Source: Paraglomus brasilianum
Taxonomy: Eukaryota
Direction: 5' to 3'
DNA: 42,385 nt
Assembly (NCBI GenBank): GCA_910592345.1
Contig: CAJVPI010000211.1
Span: 1-42,385, forward strand
The notes beneath the pieces are model-generated. The model worked only from the letters and a program-made list of their open reading frames with translations. It was not told the DNA's origin and made no database searches. Of this stretch, positions 41,866 through 42,385 are shown piece after piece (positions within the stretch are counted from its first letter, which is position 1; every line of letters starts with the position of its first letter). The translations under genes and the position numbers were made by a program.

Positions 41866-42385
41866 CTAGCTAGAGCTTTTGCCAAAGTTGTTGCTCCTGT
41901 ATCTCCAATTTGATTCCAAAGAGGAATTTGATTCTAGAGCCTTTGCCAAAACTGTTGCTCCTGATCTCCAATTTGATTCTGCTGAAGATTCAAAAAAGTC
42001 AAAGAGGAATTTGATTCTAGAGCCTTTGCCAAAGCTGTTGCTCCTGTATCTCCAATTTGATTCTGCTGAAGATTTAAAGAAGTCAAAGAGGAATTTGATC
42101 CTAGAGCCTTTGCCAAAGCTGTTGCTCCTGTATCTCCAATTTGATTCCACTGAATATCCAAAGAAGTCAAAGAGAAATTTGATTCTAAAGCCTTTGCCAA
42201 AGCTGTTGCTCCTGTATCTCCAATTTGATTATGCTGGAGATTCAAAGAAGTCAAAGAGGAATTTGATTCTAGAGCCTTTGCCAAAGCTGTTGCTCCTGTA
42301 TCTCTAATTTGATTCCATTGAAGATCCAAAGAAGTCAAAGAGGAATTTGATTCTAGAGCCTTTGCCAAAGCTGTTGCTCCTGTAG
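41866..42385 (-). pseudogene. 3' end of an RNI-like (NLRC3-like) 28-aa leucine-rich-repeat gene, frameshifted
   Basis: Near-identical 84-bp units encoding SLTSLNLQxNQIGDTGATALAKALESNS. A 1-bp deletion near 41964 (CTCCTGATCTCC versus CTCCTGTATCTCC) shifts the frame, and the last unit is shortened. Continues beyond the window. Confidence 0.85.

Noticed and set aside
41879..42307. Plus-strand 142-aa repeat ORF
   Set aside because: Antisense shadow of the LRR repeats.

Overview
Eukaryotic, AT-rich, intron-containing fungal DNA. The gene families present (MDRNFIF-type secreted ML-domain proteins, RNI-like LRR repeats, PD-(D/E)xK-like orphan genes, Sola/piggyBac/Tc1 relics) suggest an early-diverging Mucoromycota/Glomeromycotina fungus; this is an inference. 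Intact spliced genes reconstructed by hand: a 4-exon PD-(D/E)xK-like protein (1129-2157, -), an AlkD-family HEAT-repeat DNA glycosylase (4955-6160, -), an HSF-type transcription factor (9272-11372, -), ARG5,6 (33607-36497, -) and an endonuclease IV/APN1 with a GC-AG intron (39358-41028, +). A ~2 kb segmental duplication gave two intact ML-domain secreted-protein paralogues plus a dead copy of the ARG5,6 3' end. The rest is transposon relics (Sola, Tc1/mariner, a MITE, piggyBac, a probable LTR), micro/minisatellites and pseudogenes. The most unusual element is a tandem pair of structured units with a 164-nt period at 22203-22521: invariant sequence blocks alternate with variable segments that keep their base-pairing. 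It looks like an unassigned structured ncRNA array.
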